Below are positions 12,801 through 27,800 of a DNA stretch of 64,000 nt, piece after piece. Origin of the DNA: Hypanus sabinus (taxonomy: Eukaryota); NCBI RefSeq assembly GCF_030144855.1, contig NC_082714.1:56296001-56360000 (forward strand). Direction: 5' to 3'. The position numbers and the translations under genes are program-made. The notes under the pieces are model-generated. The model had not been told where the DNA came from. It did no database searches and was given only the letters and a program-made list of their open reading frames with translations. How positions within the stretch are numbered: the first letter of the stretch is position 1; every line of letters begins with the position of its first letter.

Positions 12801-15800
12801 ATCAGAACCAGCTGCAGGAAGAACAGAGCACATCGCAGCTGGCAGTGGGTAGGTCTACAGTTAAATGGTTTCAGCTTCAGACTGGATTGTGTCTTTTCAT
12901 TGATATTTCATTTATAATGGGCCATGGTAAAGAATTTTCTTAAGTTCCCATGTTACAGTGAGGAGTGTTAACCCTAAAGGGCTTATTCAGGTTGTATAAC
13001 TGAATGCATACAGCCAACCTGCTCCTCAACTCTCCTACGTTTGGCTTTCTATGCAGTGCTGATGTCTGAGTTAAGGATATGGAGTTGTAAGCTATTGCAA
13101 TAAGGGGAACAATGTAGCTTTCTGTTCTTTTAATCTTGTTTCTATGCCGATTAACTAGCTATCATTTCCTAACTTATGCTTTTCATAATTCTAGGCCAGT
13201 TCCCTATATGATTGTTTTGTCACTAGGATATGTATGTCCCTGTTTCATTCTGTTTCTCTGGAGGTTTAGGAAAGGATCTAATGTGTCTTTCTTGATTCTT
13301 TTTAAGAAAATGAGTATCCCTCTATTTTGGGTTCATTTTGGTCCAGCTCTTCTTTTAAGAAAAGTCAAGACCCAGCAGAAGAAAGCAAGGAAAAGAATTC
13401 TACCATAACCTTCAGCATTGAGCCAGATATTATTAGACATTCAAATGAGTCTTTAATGGACATCTGCAAAAGTGTTGACTCTTTAGCTCGACCCTGCAAT
13501 CCCGCAGTTGAAGAAATTAACCCCATCACAAGGACAGAAAGTGGAGTTCAAAGTCGTCTGAAACTAAGAAAAAAGAGGTCATGCAAAGTATTGAAAAGAG
13601 CATGTGAGTTAACCAGTGATTCAGATGAACCTTTGACTGCCAGTGGAGAGCCTTGTGTTAAAAAAATGGAAACTCTTGATCCACTCATCAGTAACAGAGT
13701 CATCAATGTCTCCCAGACTCTTGATAGATGTGTTGAGGAGAACACAAAGCTCAAATCTAAAGGCAACTCAGCATTGTTAACAAATGGAGCACCAGAAATA
13801 GAAGATAATTGTGTGATTACACCCAACACCAGAATAGCAAGTGACTCTAATCCCCACTATCATGAAGGCAAGTCCTCAGGAGGGGCGATGTGCAGTACTG
13901 AAGCTTGCTCTTCAGCAGTGATGACTGAAGATGCTGCACTGCAAGAAGCAAAGCCAAATTGCTCTAAGGACCCTAGTGAAGCTTCTGAATCCAACCTTAA
14001 GGGTGAGGCAATTGCAGTAGAACCAGTTGAGCAGCAAGCAGGTACCACTGTGTGTAGGTCTCCAGGAGATAGCCAACTGAAATCTTGTACACTTGTTGAA
14101 GGACTTCTCTTTCCTGTCGAGTACTACGTTCGGACAACTCGCCGTATGACCAGTTGTCAGCGACAGGTGGATCTGGACGCAGTGATTCATAGCCAGTTGG
14201 GAAAGTCCAGAAATGGGGGGAAAGGAAGACCCAGGAAATTCACACATAACCACAGCAGTCCTGTAGAAGGCACCCCAAAGGGTGAAGCAGAGACCTGTGA
14301 TACGTTATTACTTTTTAATAGTCAGGAAGGTGATGGCAGAGAATCTGGTTCAACTTCCTTGCAGCCTATCCTGCAAGATCCTTCTAAAGTGAGTGATAAT
14401 TCCCAGAGCACTAAATCAAGCCAAAGGAGAGGAAGAAAAAGAGGCAGAAGAGAAAGTACAAAATTCCAGCTCACTGATTTTCCACAGAACTCTGTGGAGA
14501 AGAATTCAAATGACCACAGAGTTCCCAATGACATTCAGATTGCTCCACCTTCTGATGTTCAGGGTGAAGATGACATCAAGAGGAATGAAATTAATACATG
14601 CCAGACAATGCCTGATTCTAATGAACTCTATGGAGAAACTGAAAATAACACGAATAGTCATCACTTTTCAGGGACTACTAACTTTAATCTAAATAATTCC
14701 AGCCTATTGCAAAACAAAGCCAATGAACAAGTTGAACCACTACAAAAATCTAACGCAATTCAGACTAACGATGTCTTGATAAAACCTTGTAAAGAAGACA
14801 CAAATGACCTGTTGACAGCACAAGTTAAATCTGCAGTGAGTATGCCTGAGCTATCAAGCACAAATAGTGATATTGACAGTCAGGACATGATCCCGGAAAC
14901 TCAGCAGGATTTTTCTGATGACGCTGCCTTGAAGCAACATTTAAGTAAGACAAGGTGGTCACTTCCGTTAGGAGTTGACTTGGACCAAGAGAAGACAGAG
15001 CTGCCAGTGTCTCAGCCCAGGAGGAGAGTGAAGCTCTCAGGAGGTGAGCACCAAATACACTTTTGTTGGACTTGAATTGACTTGACTGCTGTTGTCATGC
15101 ATGATTTGTTCTGAAAACTGACATTCGTGTTAAATGAGTGCAAAGTTCATTTATTTTTGATTAGAAAAAAGTAAAAAAAAACATTTTATTTTCATGCAGT
15201 CTTGCATAATCTCTGAAAAACACTTCACGGCCACTGGAAGCCTTTAAGTATAGTGACTGTTCTCTACAGACGTGTCTAAAACCAGAGAGTTTGCAATAAT
15301 CCACAGATGAGCAGAAAATAGAATGGTTCATTGTGTCATCTAAGAGAGTAAGCACACATTGCCATTTAATCAGTCCCTCAAAGTTTTTTTCTACCTAAAC
15401 CAAAAGTCAGATGTATTTTTCTCTTCAATAAATATGCAATTTGATTTCTTTAAACTAAAAACGAGATCTCTGTAGGACTGTTACCATTAGTTGGGAGAAT
15501 GAATTCAACAGCCGTGAGGTAATGTTGCAGCTCTATAAAGCTGGCTAGACCACACTTGGGGTCTTGTGTTCAGTTCTGGTCATCTCATAATAGGAAGGAT
15601 GTGGAAGCTTTAGGGAGGGTGCAGAGAAGATTCATCAGGATGCCTGGATTACAGAGCAGGTCTTACAAGAAAAGGCTGGATAAGCTAGGGCTTTTCTCTT
15701 TGGACTGAAGGAGGATGAGAGGTGTATAAGATGATATGAGGCATAGATAGAGTGGACAGCCCATGCCTTTTTCCCAGATGGCAGTGATTAATACAAAGGG

Positions 15801-18800
15801 GGGGGGGGTATAGAGGGGAATGTTAACAGTAGATTTTTTTACACAGAGAGTGGTAAGTACATGGAACTCACTGCCAGGGGAGATGGTAGAGGCAGATATA
15901 TTTGCGACATTGAAGGGACACTTTGATAGGCAGATGGATGATAGAAAAATGGAAGGTTATGTGGGAGAGAAGGGTTAGAATGACCTGAGAGTAGGTTATA
16001 AGGGTGGCACAACATCAGGAGCCAAAGGGCTTGTACTCTGTTATATTATTTATGTTCTATTAAATTCTGAAGATTTTTTTTATGGTTCTTACAGACACTA
16101 AATCTAAATGATTAGAAACTGGAAATCTGTACTATTTATTATCTATTTTTAAATTTTTTATTTGGAAGTACAGCTCAGAACAGGTCCAACAAGCCATACT
16201 GCCCAGCAACCCACCTACTTAACACTAGCCTAATCATAGGACGATTTACAATGACCAACTAACCTACGAACCAGTGCATCCTTGGACTGTGGGAGGAAAC
16301 CTGGAGCACCCAAAGGAAACCCTCAGGAAGAATCTACAAACTCCTTACTGACAGCACTGGAATTGAACTCCAGAATGCCCTGAGCTGTCTTTTAAAAGAT
16401 CTCAGTGACAGCATAATACTTTAATTCACTACACTGTGAGATGGTGGGTGTTGTATGAAAATTCCCAGAGATAAATATTTAAAACTTCTTAGAGAATGCT
16501 TATCTCAGCATATGGCTCACCTATTAAATGATTTACCTTCTTTTCCTTTGTGTGTAGGAATCCTATTAAGAATAAACTATAGTACAGTTGTGGGTACCTA
16601 TTTGGCTCAAGCGGTCTTTTCCTGCCTGCCAGTTTTCTGCTAATTTTTCTGTTTTCTGAAGTAATGGAAGTTGTATTGTCCCAATAGGTAATAGCTATCG
16701 TAGAACACGTGGAAGCTCCAGGAAGATCTCTAAATACAGGTCACTAGTGTGTTCAGAACCATTACTCTCTGTTAAAAAAGCTATCGTCAAAAGGTTATTT
16801 CACAGCCAGCAAGTCCAAGATTTTGACCTTCCAGAGGAGGATTATGGTCAACTTAAAGAAAAGCTAAGAACAGAAGCATTAAAGAAATCACTCGTGGAGA
16901 AGAATAATAGGGACACAGTGCCCAGAAAAAAATCCTGTGTACGAGAAACTACAGAGAACGTTGAGGAGTCTCACCTACAAAGTAAGATGGCTTATTTCTA
17001 AATTTCTAAGGCAAGTGCTTCCAATATTCTAATGCAAATAGTTAGCAGTTGAAATGGCCAGTATTTAGCTTTCCTTTCGTCTGTATTTAGCTTTTTTCTT
17101 CATCTGTCAAGTTAGCCTTTCCAGTAAGTTCACATACTTTAAACAGTAGTACTTCAATTGGTACATTATCTTTATTCTGAGAAGCTAATTGGCCCCAGTG
17201 TATACAAAGCACACTCTACACTGCTCACTTTCTTTGTACACATTAAATACAGGCAATTTACCAACATAATTGTGAAGTATACAATCTCTAGTAGCTTGGT
17301 ATAATCTTCTAACAATGGCAGATTACACAAACTTAAAGTTGGATTCAGTTGATCGCTCCTCCTTCAGAAACTAAAGTTTGAGATTTACAATTGAGATTAG
17401 TTAAGCTCCAACTGGAGTTCTAATAACAGCAAGAAGAAATATAATTTCCTGCATGTACAGTTTGCGTGCAGTCCACTTGTGGGGTCATAAGTTCAATTGT
17501 GAAAATAAATGAAACAATCGGATTAATGACTAGTGTATTACTACAGTGGTTACAAGTACTGGCAAAGTAAATTTGTCAATTAATTTAAGTGAAGCTTAAA
17601 CCTGATGATAGATGAATTAATGCACGGTGTGTTTTTCAACCCAGTGTCTCCAGAGTCTCTGAGTTGCATGGAACTTTCCAGTACCCCAGAAAAGCCAGAG
17701 AACAACAATAACTCTCGTGTTCAGAAAATTCCAAAAAACACATCTGGCCGTAAGCCATCTTGCAGCATTCTGCTTTCAACTCCACAGGCTACGGGTGACC
17801 ATCAACATGACCAGTATGCAGGTAGCCCTGCTTTCCCTTCACTCGGCTTCACTCCTGTCTCCGGTGCTACTGGCTGTTCTCCAGTATTTTCCCAAAGGAG
17901 CTGTGGAAACCCGAATTCACCTCAAACTGCCACATTGTTACATGGGCTGGAAGATGTGGGGAATTGTGAACAGAGATCCCAGTCAGCTGTTGGAAAAGCA
18001 TCACAGCCACATTTGACTCAGCCCTCTCCGATAATAAAGGAAGGCAGTCCATGTGCTTTCTCTGGAAGGGAACTTTTAAATAATAAAGATGAGGAGGACC
18101 TCAACTACAAAGGTGGAATGACAGTCAGCCAACAAGAGATGCCAAATGATGATGATACTGAGGAATTTTCAAAAATGGTCGTTGAAGAGGTAACTATTTT
18201 TCTGTAATGTTTTAGTATGGTGGTGCAATCTGTGGCTGTGGGATCTGACCATCAGTGCAAGGCAGCATTTATAGGCCATTTCTAATTGCCTTTTAACTAA
18301 ACTTTTGCCGTGTCATTTAAGCGTCTGTGGGTCTGGAGTTGTATTTAGCCAGACTAGGTGAGGATGTAAGATTTCCTTCTCTGAGGAATATGAATACAGC
18401 AGCTCAGAACTTCGAACAGTAGAGCACATTACAGGAGCTTCGGCTCCACTGTCAGTTTTACCCTTCCTTCCCTCCTACACAGAGCTTGCCTTGTATCTGT
18501 TCGAACTGTATCTATATGCTTCCTGTCCTGCTAAGGATTTCTCTTTCTGTACTGTTTTAGTCGCAGGTTTCCAACATGTACAGTGTTATTTTGGCTGTCA
18601 TTTTAGTTTTATTAGCTGTATTTGTAAAGAGGAGCTCTACAATTTTTTGATAAATATAAGATTTCATGGTTTACAAATCTTTTCACTGACTTTGTGAATT
18701 TTGATTTGTAGAAGGATGATGGCTTGTCTCCAGTTCTTGCCACCATGAAGTTAGAGCAAAAATTGGAAAAGCAGATGTTACAATTAATCTCCAAGATACA

Positions 18801-21800
18801 GGTTAGTGAATACTGATGAGCACTGAAGGACAAATCAGATGAACCAGATTTTGCTGAGCAAGGCTCTTTGCTTAAGTACCCTAATTGTCAAAGGTTTAAA
18901 TGGTCGAGACCTGCAAGGCTGTGTTTGCTGGATTTAGTCAGTAAGATCCTACACAATGCCAGGGTCTTGATGATCTTGCCCAATACAAAAGGATAAGCTT
19001 AGCAACTAGAGGACAAACACTTTAACTTTAAAACATTGAAACAATCTTAGCTATGGTGTCTGGGTGGTTGGAGTGGGACAGGCTGTATTGGTGATGTTCA
19101 CTCCTAGGAACTCGAAGCTCTCAACCTCAGCACCACTGATGTAAACAAGAGCAAGTGCACTGACCATTCGCCCTCCTGAAATCATAACCAGCTCTTATTT
19201 TTCTGGCACAGAGGGAAAGGGTTTCAAAGGTTCAAAGGGACATTTAATGTCAGAGAAATGTATACAATATACATCCTGAAATGCTGCTTCTTCACAACCA
19301 TCCACAAAAACAGAGGAGTGCCCCCCAAGAATGAATGACAGTAAAATGTTAGAACCCCAAACCCCCCCCCAGCTCCCCTCCCGCGTATAAACGGCAGCAA
19401 GCAACAATCCCCCCTCCCCCCACAGGCAAAAAAAACCCCATCGGCACCCACCACCAAGCACTCAAGTGTGAACAAAGCAACAGCAAAGACACTGATTTAC
19501 GGTACCCCAAAGGCTACTCATTCAGCTGGTATTTGACATACCACAGGTGCTCCTTCCCTCCCTCCCTAATAAGGGAGAAAGATGTCTCCATTTCACAGTG
19601 AGAGGGGGGTCATATCAAACAACTTGCTGGTTTACAATATTAAAAGTCCAATGCGTTGCTTTTTCCAAGCTCTGTGCCCAAAGATCTCGGGTCTGCGATT
19701 CCTCCGTCTCCAGAAATCTCGGTCCTCCAAAGGTGAGCTGAGCCCTTAGGCTGTGCTGAATAACGGCCATCATGAAACCCTGAGAGCGGGTTCCATTCTC
19801 GCAAAGAACTGTAGTCAGTGTGTATCTGCAGATGAGGGTCTTCGAAAAAATCCTGACGGGGAAAAATAGAGATATTACAGATGGAAGTAGAGTTGTTTCC
19901 GAAGATGCAAGCAAAGGAGTTGCTGTTAGGTGCCATCGTCCTCCTAAGCTCCTCCTTTCTGGTTGTTGTACACCATGTAGTGACACCATGTCACTAGGCT
20001 CTCTATGCCCTTCCTGTACTCCAAGTGATATAATTGTCTCCGAAAATCAAGTGAAAGAGTGGGTTGAGAATGTAGGTAATAAATCTTGGGCAACACACAA
20101 AACGATGGAAGAACGCAGCAAATTGGGGATCATCTGAAATGGGCAGTTGTAGTTTCAGGTCGAGACCCTTCATCTGGGCTGAAAGATAGAGGGAGATACC
20201 ATCGGTCTGTAGTCTCTTTTGTCTCCAAACACAATTTTGGCTTTGTCAATGGGGAAATAGGGTACAAAAACAGAAAAGTTTATTTATTTAGAGCTACAGT
20301 GCGAAATAGGCCCTTCCAGCCCTTACAATGACCAATAAGTTATGGTAAAGCTTTGAAAAACTGCTCTACCTCAAATGGAGCATTACAGTTGTTGCATAGG
20401 AAGGATATGAAGACATTAGAGAGGTCCAGAATAAATGAGAATTGTTTCTGGGATAAGGGACTATAGTTACAAGGGTAGGTTTAAGGGGCTGCATCTGCTT
20501 TCTTTGGACTAAAGAATGTTGAGGGTAGGTGAGCAGAACAAATGCAAAAATGTATTTGCTCTGGTGCAAACACAATGTCTTTTTTATCACGAGTGTCCTT
20601 TCCATGACTACCCTTAATTTTGTAGTAGGTATTTTTTTTTATGGTATACATGTTGAGGGAAAGGACACTACCCAGGTAAACCAGCTTCACTACTGGCATG
20701 AGATATCTATGCAAGTTTCATCAGTCTTGTGAGGATGAATAGTGTTATCTTTGTTTATAGAATCCGTCCACGTCCTGCATTATTGATCTGTGCACGGTAT
20801 GTTGGACTGTGAAAGAGACCAGAACTTCGTGTATTGCCTGTGCCTGCGAAACAGCAGTGTTGCTGTGGGCCCCGCAGCAGCTGAACCAGTGGATTAACAT
20901 CGGTGCTTGGACCTTTGATGAGGTATATGCCTGTCCTTTTCTCATTGTTACAAATTAGAGTAATCTGATGTCAGGTATTCGATGCTGGATGATTGAGTTC
21001 GGTTGTTTAATCACAAATATTTAATTTCACAGAATTATGAATACCTCGTTGAATTTATCTTCTTTTTCTTTGACATCTGTAGAAGCCTGCACACTGAGTC
21101 CCCTAATGAAATTCTTTCATAAACAATGGGCTCTCACCAAAGGATTGAACATTATGATTAAAAAACAATATTGTTCCAACAAGTCTAAACCCTGGATTAA
21201 TTTCTTCCCTGAACAAAGCTCTTATATCCAAGTTTCCCATTCACCTTAGTTGGGAGAAGTCTTCCATTTACTGAGCTCCTCATGATTATTAAATTTTTAA
21301 AAAGTCCTGGATTAAACAAGGCATTTCCAGAATAATACAAACCCAGGATTATACAAGAAACTCCGGGATTAAACATGAAATATTTAAAAGACCTACTGTA
21401 GTTCCCAAACTTTAGTGGACATCAACAGATTAGACTTCTGTTGTGTCTAAAGCAGCTTTATAAACTTTCCTGTTCTATTTAAAGTATTTGAGACAAACCA
21501 GACTTTGGTATTTGGCGCACAGTTTTTGATATCTGTGGCAGGCAGAGCAGGAAACCATATGCGTAGTCAGAACTATTGCCACTAACTCATCATATCCCTA
21601 ATGTGAATCACGGCCATAAATGAGTCATCTGTGAAGATAGGTAAAACGAGGCCAGAGATTTGCTACGCTCCTGTCCCTCGAAATATCTACTATGTATGTA
21701 AGAGTTCTGCCAGATACTTTTCTGCAGCTAAGAGGCTACGGTTAGGAACCCCTTTGTGCATCTAGAATCTCTAAGTAGATCACTGCTTTATCTCAAGCTG

Positions 21801-24800
21801 GTTTTGCATTGCAAATCAATGCCGTTTTGGTGCAAGTTAGTATCCTATCCGGTAAGATATATTCAGAGACCACTTAGCAACAGTTTAACTGCTTGTGTGT
21901 TCAGGTTTTACTATGTTTATGTATAGTGATGTGACCTGTTTTTTTTAAAAATCTAATTTTAACATTGATTTGTTTTTTTCCCCTTCCTTTCAGGTTCCCA
22001 TCATTGAGCTCATCCCCGTCCCAGATGCTGTGAACATTCTGTGTGTGGCCTTCGGGAGCCTGGAGATAAGGGAAGTGAAGTAAGGCCTCAAAAAACAGTC
22101 TCAGAACAATAGAAGCACCACTCTTCTGGCTGAATTACACATATGTAACACAGCAGTTTTTCAGAGTACCACTCACCTTACTTATAACCAGACTGTTGAA
22201 ACTGACATGTTGCTATTATTGTCTGACTGTTGACACATCATAATGGATAATCATAATGGGTTTGGAGGCTAAGAGATTAACTGCTCCATAATGAAATGAG
22301 TGTGGAAAGTATAAGGGGAGGAGTCCGGTGCTCACTTAATTTCCTCTTAGTAACAGGTTTTAGAGTGAGTCAATCTAAAATCTGTGTGGAGTTCTGTCAC
22401 TGGGAAAATTATTTTCTCAGAAAAGGTCTATCAGAGTTCTGAAGAGAGCATGTTGAAATAGGAGCAATTCCATTTCTAATTCAGAAAGTTCTGACTGGGG
22501 ACTATAGTTGCAGTTTTATTTTGTAACCAACCCATTCTGTACCTGTCCTGGGAATGTTTTAGAGTAGAGGGAGCTGTATTTTGTGCAGAGAGAAATCTAT
22601 TATTTTTTTACACCGTATCATTGTAGTTCTAATAATGGATACTTGGCTCAGATGTGGGCTGATGATTCTTCTTTCTTGATGATAAAGATGGATTATTTTT
22701 ACACTTCTTGTAAGGGTGTTACACTCTACAGTAAAAGGCTGCTTGGAACACAGTCTGTTGCAAGCAGGAGACATAAATGCAGTGTTGGGGCTGCCTGGAA
22801 GGAGGTTGGTCTGCTCTTATGGCACACTTCAGAGTCAAAGCATAGAAGTGAACACCCTCTCCGAAGAAGGAAGGTGAGAAACTAATTTTATTTTAAATTC
22901 TTTGTTCTCCTCTGCAAGCAGCCCATGCATGCTCAGAACATTAAATGATACGGGAGTTTCAGATAGTTAAAAAAAAATTAGATGAGATTACAAAGAAGTG
23001 AAATTAATTTGTCTTCAGCTCAGGTTTGATTGCTAGAAGATATGGAAGGCCAATCAAATTGAAGGCCTGTACTAACATGAGATTCTTACTGTCCTGATTT
23101 CACTTCTAAGCAGTCTAGATCTAACAGGGAGAATATTTTGTACTGTTTTCTCCTACTCTTTGTGTTAAAGATGCCCGAGGATAATGTGACTTCTTGATTA
23201 TGATAGATTGTTTTTTAATAACAGACTTGTGATACCAAAGCATAAAGTAGTTTACAGAAAGTGCAACAGCCTAAAGACTCACACTTAACACTTTAGGAAC
23301 ATTAGGAACTGTCATCAGATCTCTGAACAGTTCATGGACACAACCTCACAATTTGTATTTTACACTATTTATTATAATAACTTACAGTAATTTGTTATGC
23401 CTGCACTGTACTGTCACCACAAAACACCAAATTTCACGGCATATAGCCAGATAGTAATAAAGCTGATTGTGATTCTGATTCAGATTATTTTAGGACATAG
23501 TTCAAATAGATATTTCATTTCCCATGTCTGGCTTTGGTAAATGCCCACAGAGGCCCCTCTGGGCTATTAACAGAGAAAATGGTGCTTGTGCAGAGCTGGC
23601 TGAAAGTTTGAATAAGAGGTTAGAGGAAATATTTTGTGTTACTTTTAATATTAGGGCAAGTTTACTGACTGAATTTTCTGGTTAGGAGTGAGCGACCTAT
23701 GCAGCTTGTCCCACCCAATGAGATGGTTCTGGCTTTCAGCAAAGTTGAAGGACAATCAGAAGCTTTGATTGGATCAACTATAATGAGCAACATCATCATT
23801 TGGTGAGAACTTGATCCCAATTTGTTTCTTTATCAACAGTATCACCATAAGCCATAGCATGTTGGCCTATGAGTCAGATAAACTCCAACCTCAGTTTATA
23901 TCCAGTGCAATGCTGAGAGAATCCTGTGTTGTTAGGAGGGTCTTTGTTTCAAATCAAAGCCTCATCTCCCTCTTAGCTAGATTTATAAGTCCTATGGAAG
24001 AGGAGTGGGTGAGTTGTAGTTAGAAGTCATGGACCAATACTTGTGTTTCAAGTATTTCTCTATAATTTCAACAGCTACCTGCTTTGCAGGCTCTATTTCT
24101 TCCCCAGCTGTTGCCCCCATTGTCCTCATTGTTGCCTTCATGTTAAGGGTGAGTACCCTTTTGTTCTCTAGCAAAGGTGTGGGCATTTTTTTTGGGCTGT
24201 GCCCCACCGTCCTGGAGGTAGGAATATGGGAAATGTGCCTTTGAACATGCCCAATTGTTCAAATAGATGATGGGAAATTTGTTTCCTTGGCCAACACTTC
24301 TAAGAAACATTACTTGGATTTTAATATATTAAAAAATTAGTTTGTCTTATTTGCCAAATGGGCAACAATATACGCTTAAAAAAATATAAGTATGCCGAGC
24401 CTGCAGAGGCTGTTCTGGGAGTTCTGATAAATAGCTGAATAAAAGTAGTTATTAAGCACTGAAGGCATTTTCTTCTTCATTCTCCATGTTTTCTGTTGGG
24501 AATAAATTATTTGACATTATTATGGGTGTTGTTTGGGCACTGCAGGCTGAAACGCTGTCGAAATTGATGTTTTCATTTGTTTACCTCTTAGGAACTTGAA
24601 AACCGGGCACCTTCTCAAGAGGATCCATTTAAGTGAAAGCTACCCTGGCACTGTCTGCCAGAAGGCCTATTCCCAGTCTGTAAGGAACAGCAGTTTTAAC
24701 TTTGGAACTACAGACCGCAGCATCATTTCATAAAACACTGCTTTGTGCCATTACTGCTTCCAGAAAGGGCATTGGTTGCAGAATAATGAGAAGGAATGTG

Positions 24801-27800
24801 TAATGGAAATTAAAGATACTGGGGATCAAATAGAATACTGCATATAATTCAAAACTATTTACTAGGAGCCTTTCGTGAGGGAGGAGCCATCACCTCCTAT
24901 GTTCTGATTGCATTTCAGACCAATAGGAGAAAACAGGCAGAAAATGCTGGAGAACTCTGCAGGTTGGGCAGCATCTATGAAAATGAATAAAGAATTGACG
25001 TTTTGCTGACAAGACACTTCGTCAGGACTGTAAAGGAAGGTGGAAGAAGCTAGAGTAGGAAGGTGGAGTGGCGGGAAGGACTACAAGCTGGAAGGTATGA
25101 TAGGTGAGACCAGGTGGGTGGGGAGGGGGATACGAAGCTGGGAGGTGATAGGTAGAATAGGTAAAGGGCTGGAGAAGAAGGAATCTGATAGCAGACTGCT
25201 GTGTACTTCGCTTCACGAAAGCATGTCTCACTGCCACCACTTTGGATACTGTGTTGCAGCCCGATGGCTTCACCGTTCTCCGCAAAGACATCAGTTGAGT
25301 CCTTTAGAGGTAGGGAAGGGGGAGTATGCTTTATGATGAACTCATTGTGGTGCACAGACCTGCTCACCCGACCTGTAACATCTAGGGGTCAAGTCTTGTC
25401 CATTTTATCTGCCAAGGGTCTTTTCCACTATCACCTAGGGTAGTGTACATTCCACCTCAGGCCATCATCCAGCAGGCACTGGAGGAGCTGAGCACTGATC
25501 AGATGTTACAGAACAGTGCACCCTGATGCCTTCCTATAATTACAGGAATTCCAACTAGGTTGGCTTGAAATCTTTGAGCAAATACCACCAAACTATCACT
25601 GTAGATCCAGAGGAACCAACACACTTGACCACCGTCAAGAACACTTCTCTTTCTATTCCAAGCCTGCACTTTGGAAAGTCCAATCACCTGGCTATCCTAA
25701 TACTCCCAACATAAAGACAGAGACTAAAGACCACATCACCAGTTGTGAGGCCCAAGAAGGGATGGTCAAGAGAGGCAGCTGAGCACTTACAGAACTGCTT
25801 TGAGTCATTCAAGGGTTCATCTTGAGAAATGAATGAACACGTCACAGTTATCACTGACTTCATGAGGATCAGTGTGGATGAGTGCGTGCCTTTGAAAACA
25901 TATCAGACATACCCAAACCAAAAGCTGCAGATGAACCACGAGATTCATTGTCTGCTGAGGACTAGATCTGCGGCAATCAAGACCTGTGATCTAGAACTAC
26001 TCAAGAAGTCCAGATACAACCTACGGAAAGCTATTTTAAGAGTGAGACCAACAAATTGACCGGGGACATCAGGAAGGGGAAGTTGAGGGAACATACACCA
26101 GTCCTCATTGAGTGATCAGCTGTAGAGAGGGTGAGCAGCTTCAAGTTCCTGAGTGTCAATATTTCTGAAGATCTATCCTGGGCTGGCCACTAGTCAAGTC
26201 AAGTCACTTTTATTGTCATTTCGACCATAACTGCTGGTACAGTGCATAGTAAAAATGAGACAAAGTTTTTGAGGACCATGGTGTTACATGACACAGTACA
26301 AAAACTAGACTGAACTACGTAAAAAAAAAAACACAGAGAAAGCTACACTAGACTACAGACCTACACTGGACTACATAAAGTGCCCAAAAACAGTGCCGGC
26401 ATTATACTAAATAATAAACAGGACAATAGGGCAAGGTGTCAGTCCAGGCTTTGGGTATTGAGGAGTCTGATAGCTTGGGGGAAGAAACTGTTACATAGTC
26501 TGGCCGTGAGAGCCCGAATGCTTCGGAGCCTTTTCCCAGACGGCAGGAGGGAGAAGAGATTGTATGAGGGGTGCATGGGTTCCTTCATAATGCTGTTTCC
26601 TTTGTGGATGCAGTGTAGTGGCATCAACACTCGACTTCCAGGCGGATGTTCCTGAGTTTGAATCTGGCCGGGACCCAATCTGGGCAGTAGCATTATCTGT
26701 GCAGATGAAAGGACTGGCAATCTTCTTCCTTCTCTTGTCACGAAAACCCCATTGGATAACTACACCATCCATAGGGTCGCCATGAGTTGATGACAACTCG
26801 ACAGCACTCAACAACAACAATTCTGGGCAATTACGAACAAGGCATGACAGCAGCTACATTTCATTAACAGCTTGAGGCGACTTCGTACATCACCAAAGAC
26901 TCATGCAAATTTTTACTGTGGACAGCATTCTAACTGGTTGCATCGCTGTCTGGTATGAAGGGGCCACTGCACAGGACTGGGGAAAGCTGGATAAAGTAGC
27001 AAATTCGGCCAGCTCCATCATGGGCATCTTCAAAAGGCGATGCCTCCAAAAGGCAGCATCCATCATTAAGGACCCCATCACCCAGGAATTGCCCTCTTCT
27101 CATTGCTACCATCGGGGAGGAAGTGCGGGAGCCTGAAAACACATTTTTATTACTTATTGCAATTTATAGTTTTTGATGTATTGCAATGCTGCTGCAAAAC
27201 AACACATTTCACGGCTTATGCCAGAGAAATTAAACCTGATTCTGAATGGGAAGGAGGAGTGGCACTGGGGGTGGTGTGATAGGCAAGTGAATTGAGAAGA
27301 GGCTAGAGTGGGGAATTGAAGAAGAGAGAATTGGAATGGGAAGAAAAATTAATGGATGCTAGAGAAATGCCATCAGGTTGGAGGCTACCCAGACAGAATA
27401 CGAGGTGTTTCTCCTCCAGCCTGAGAGTGGCCTCATTGTGGCAGTAGAGGAGGTCATGGACCGATATGTTGGAATGGGAATGGTGATTGCAATTGAAATT
27501 GTTGGCCCCCAGGAAATCCTGCTCTTTTTGTGAATGGAGTGAAGTTTCAAAGCTAAGCAGTCCTCCAATCTAGATCGGGTCTCACCACGGAGAGGAAGCC
27601 CTTTGGGAGCACTGGATACAGTAGATTTCCAAAACAGATTCACAGGGGAAGTGTTGCCTTACCTAGAAGGAGTTTTGGGGCCTTGAATGGAGAAAAGTTA
27701 TAATTGATGAAAAGAATCTTAGCTTGAATTTAGTTGATTCCTGTTGAATCCAAAGTTAAAATACGATGATATATTAAAGTGAGCCTCAGAGTATTTGTAG

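Noticed and set aside
13327-15075. 582-aa ORF as a standalone gene
   Set aside because: It is PALB2 exon 4, bounded by splice sites at 13307 and 15043.
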